Shown: piece by piece, positions 61,449-64,000 of the stretch
How positions within the stretch are numbered: the stretch's first letter is position 1
Layout of the letters: every line of letters begins with the position of its first letter
From: Candidatus Microsaccharimonas sp.
Lineage (GTDB): Bacteria; Patescibacteriota; Saccharimonadia; Saccharimonadales; UBA4665
NCBI GenBank assembly: GCA_035564115.1
Contig: DATMTN010000012.1
Span: 25,673 to 89,672 of the forward strand
Reading direction: 5' to 3'
Length of the DNA: 64,000 nt
Program-made: the position numbers and the translations under genes
Notes under the pieces: model-generated
What the model was told of the DNA's origin: nothing
Database searches by the model: none
The model's input: the letters and a program-made list of their open reading frames with translations, nothing else

Positions 61449-61792
61449 CCACATTTACGACTGGTCGGCAGGCTGAAGCAGCTGCGGCTGACTATTTAGA
61501 AAGTCAGGGTTTTAGGGTCATCGAGCAGAATTATCGCACCCGCTGGTGCGAAATAGATATCGTTGCCAAAAAAGCTGAAATTGTCTATCTGGTTGAGGTA
61601 AAATATCGCAAAACTGATGACTACGGTGCCGGACTCGAATATATTACCGCAAAGAAGCTCCGCCAGATGTCCTTTGCGGCCGAACTTTGGCTGACCGACC
61701 ATTCGCACACAGGGGGCTATCAGCTAGCGGGTATCGAGGTCAGCGGCACAGACTTTACGATTACCAACTTCATCGAGTCGCTCACTGACTAA
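61445..61792 (+). CDS. yraN: YraN-family (UPF0102) endonuclease-like protein
   Basis: The pattern GRQAEAAAADYLESQGFRVIEQNYRTRWCEIDIVA...VEVKYR is family-typical. It overlaps rnhB by ATGA. Confidence 0.8.
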   Translation: MTTFTTGRQAEAAAADYLESQGFRVIEQNYRTRWCEIDIVAKKAEIVYLVEVKYRKTDDYGAGLEYITAKKLRQMSFAAELWLTDHSHTGGYQLAGIEVSGTDFTITNFIESLTD

Positions 61793-64000
61793 TTGAAGAA
61801 TTGCTGGACACTCGATAGGTCACGCTGGAGCCAAGCAGCGCGGCTCGTGATTTCTTCTAGGCCGATCTCAATGTTGCGCTTCAAAGGTACTTCTGTCATT
61901 TTCGGCTCAAAGAACTCGCGGTAGCGTGTGCCCTGCGCAGCAGTATTGCAGGCCATGGCGGCATAGCGAGGCAACATGTCGTATGACTTATCGTTGCTGT
62001 ATGTTTCAACGATCCAGCCCCAGTTTTCGACCATCCACTCCCAGGCGACGTCACCACAGTAACGACTGCGCAGGAGATAGATCAGCCAACGGTCGGCATC
62101 TTGCGGCTTTACGAGTGAGGCATCGGTAATGCGCTGCAGCAACATGTCGGCGGTTTTGGGGTTACGGGTAGCGGTCAGGGCACCGCAAATATCCGCCTGG
62201 AGGTCGCTGTTACTTGTGCTGCGGTGCAGATCGAGCAAGTAGTCGATTGCTTTGGCATCACCCAATTTGACGGGCACACCGAAGACGAGACTTCGGAGTT
62301 CGGCGTTTACCGCACTGGCATCTTGCTGGTAAGCGGCAAACAGTTTTTTGGCCTGCTCGATGACGCTCGGCTCATCGGCATATGCGGCGAGGCTAATAAT
62401 GGTGGCTCGCAGCTTGCCATCGGCCAGTGATTCGTCCGACTTTGGCTCCCAGCCGAGACGTGCCAGTTCGGCTGCGACGAGCGAGCGGATAAAGGCTTTG
62501 ATTTTGTCTTCCAGGCCGTCATCGAGGTTCACGAAGCGACGGGCTTCGGCAATGATCAAGCTAATCATGTCCCAGACCGGCTCGGAATCCTCCTGTGCAT
62601 AGGCCTGCAGCAGTTCCAGAACGGTGCCATAGGCACGCAAGCCAGCCCGGGCAAGCATGCTGGCATCATTCAGCGCCATGAGCCGTTCACCGTTACTCAG
62701 CTGCTTTGAACTGATCTGTTCTCGGAGCTCAGCCTGCTGGGCCGGCTGCGTATAGTTCACGATGTAGTGACCGTGGGCACCCCTGTTAATAAGCACAATG
62801 TCGTTGTCCTTGACGTCGGTTGTAATAGTCCGGCTGTCAAGCAAGGCGGGTAACTCTGTTGTCCCGTCGAAAAGCGGTACCGGCCACAGGCGGTCGACAT
62901 CGATCTTGGCAGGATTATCCAGGAAATGTTGTTGGCTGAGGGTCAGCTCAGAATCGGTCTGTGAAACCGTAATAACCGGGAATCCCGATTGCCGTAACCA
63001 AGGATTCATGAAGGCGCCAACATCTTTACCGCTGGCTTCACTCAGGGCTGCCCAGAGGTCATCACCCGTCGTGTTGCCATACTTGTGCTGCTCGAAGTAG
63101 GCACTGAGACCCTTGCGGAAAGCAGGCTCACCGATGTACTGCTTCATCATGTTCAATAAACGGCCACCCTTGGCGTAGACAATTGATGGATCAAAGAGCG
63201 TGCTGATTTCGTCAGGGTGTTTCACTTCGACTCGGACGGATTGTACGCCGGGTGTGGCATCGCGGCGCAGCGCGCTGAGGCCTTCATTCGTCACAAACGT
63301 GTCCCAGACATGCCACTCGGGATGCATGCGGTCGGGGGCTTCGTATTCCATGATGTCGGCGAAGCTTTCATTCAGCCAGAGGTCATCCCACCATTTCATG
63401 GTGACGAGGTTGCCGAACCATTGGTGGGATGTTTCGTGAGCCACAACTGTCGCAATGTATTCCTGAACGCTCTGTGCAGTGTCGCCGGGGTAAACCAAAA
63501 GGGCTCGCTCGCGGTAGGTAATGAGTCCCCAGTTTTCCATGGCGCCGCTGCTGAAGTCCGGGCAGGCCACATGGTCGGCCTTCGGCAGCGGGTAATCAAC
63601 GCCGAAGTAATCCTCGAAAAACTCGATGGATTGTTTGGCAATGTTGAGCGAGAAGTCGAATGAGTTAGCCGGTTGGGCCACGGTGCCCCAAACGGCCACA
63701 TCGGTACCACGCTTAGTCTTGGTGGACTTGCTGTGGAGTTCACCAACTACGAATGCTAACAGATAGGTGGACATGCGTGGGGTAATGGCAAACTCGGTGA
63801 CACGGCGACCATCACGGACGTTTTCGGACAGGGCTGGCATGTTACTGAGGGCCACACCTTCGTTGGGCGTGTTCAACACGAGCGAGAACGTTGCTTTGGC
63901 TTCGGGCTCGTCGATACAGGGGAAGGCTTCGCGGGCGTGGTGGCTCTCGAATTGTGTCATGAACAGTTGTTTATCGGTGCCGTCGTGCTTGAAATTACAG
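61789..64000 (-). CDS. pepN: M1-family aminopeptidase (aminopeptidase N-like), 5' end outside the window
   Basis: Motifs GAMENWG, HETSHQWFGNLV and WLNESFA are present. The frame stays open upstream of the track's first Met (63960) to position 64000, and the TQFE..AREAFPC block normally lies more than 100 aa into M1 enzymes. Confidence 0.85.
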   Translation of the reverse strand, partial: CNFKHDGTDKQLFMTQFESHHAREAFPCIDEPEAKATFSLVLNTPNEGVALSNMPALSENVRDGRRVTEFAITPRMSTYLLAFVVGELHSKSTKTKRGTDVAVWGTVAQPANSFDFSLNIAKQSIEFFEDYFGVDYPLPKADHVACPDFSSGAMENWGLITYRERALLVYPGDTAQSVQEYIATVVAHETSHQWFGNLVTMKWWDDLWLNESFADIMEYEAPDRMHPEWHVWDTFVTNEGLSALRRDATPGVQSVRVEVKHPDEISTLFDPSIVYAKGGRLLNMMKQYIGEPAFRKGLSAYFEQHKYGNTTGDDLWAALSEASGKDVGAFMNPWLRQSGFPVITVSQTDSELTLSQQHFLDNPAKIDVDRLWPVPLFDGTTELPALLDSRTITTDVKDNDIVLINRGAHGHYIVNYTQPAQQAELREQISSKQLSNGERLMALNDASMLARAGLRAYGTVLELLQAYAQEDSEPVWDMISLIIAEARRFVNLDDGLEDKIKAFIRSLVAAELARLGWEPKSDESLADGKLRATIISLAAYADEPSVIEQAKKLFAAYQQDASAVNAELRSLVFGVPVKLGDAKAIDYLLDLHRSTSNSDLQADICGALTATRNPKTADMLLQRITDASLVKPQDADRWLIYLLRSRYCGDVAWEWMVENWGWIVETYSNDKSYDMLPRYAAMACNTAAQGTRYREFFEPKMTEVPLKRNIEIGLEEITSRAAWLQRDLSSVQQFFN

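Overview
This window is a compact, mostly housekeeping chromosomal segment with about 70 genes, many joined by 4-nt ATGA start/stop overlaps. No rRNA, CRISPR array, transposase, integrase or phage gene was recognised.

Lineage (inference only): a small-genome, Gram-positive-type bacterium, most consistent with Candidate Phyla Radiation / Saccharibacteria (TM7)-like organisms. The supporting features are type IV pilus genes, an LPXTG surface protein, a split transketolase, gatCAB and the overall streamlined layout.

Gene content, in order:
- pilC (partial) and pilB on the minus strand, divergent from a histidine kinase plus a stand-alone receiver.
- A GT2 / GtrA / large membrane::PIG-L cassette.
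- VOC-family proteins, an LPXTG repeat protein and tRNA-Gln(CTG).
- A SAM-riboswitch-like leader followed by metK, then rarA, a CNNM/CBS transporter, a PIG-L deacetylase, a ZIP transporter, rmuC, a GH63-like hydrolase and yajQ.
- pheS-HIT-PNPOx-pheT.
- Two FKBP isomerases, then a glutaredoxin-like protein, trxB and an FNR-like reductase.
- A GDPD phosphodiesterase, then ppa followed by three Nudix genes.
- A central-carbon operon: gap-rpiB-rpe-tktN-(small membrane ORF)-tktC-hypothetical-fba-pfkB.
- An operon of a 409-aa unknown protein, a LOG/TIGR00725-like protein and three type IV pilins.
- uvrB, then gatC-gatA-(TM protein)-gatB-galU, then ytxH and dnaE.
- A CAP-domain protein, a SpoU methyltransferase, a second orphan PilB-like ATPase, rplS, rnhB, yraN and a partial M1 aminopeptidase.

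Most noteworthy observations:
1. The GtrB/GtrA/polytopic-membrane::PIG-L fusion cassette.
2. The unknown-LOG-pilin operon.
3. Small ORFs wedged by overlapping codons into three normally contiguous subunit pairs: pheS/pheT, tktN/tktC and gatA/gatB. The gatA/gatB insert carries an Rx4H HEPN-like motif.
4. About 20 genes with a -10 element 6-11 nt upstream of the start codon, implying leaderless or near-leaderless mRNAs.
5. Six of ten convergent gene pairs share overlapping stop codons, five of them on the palindrome CTAG.

All functional calls come from motif recognition by eye. No database search was run.
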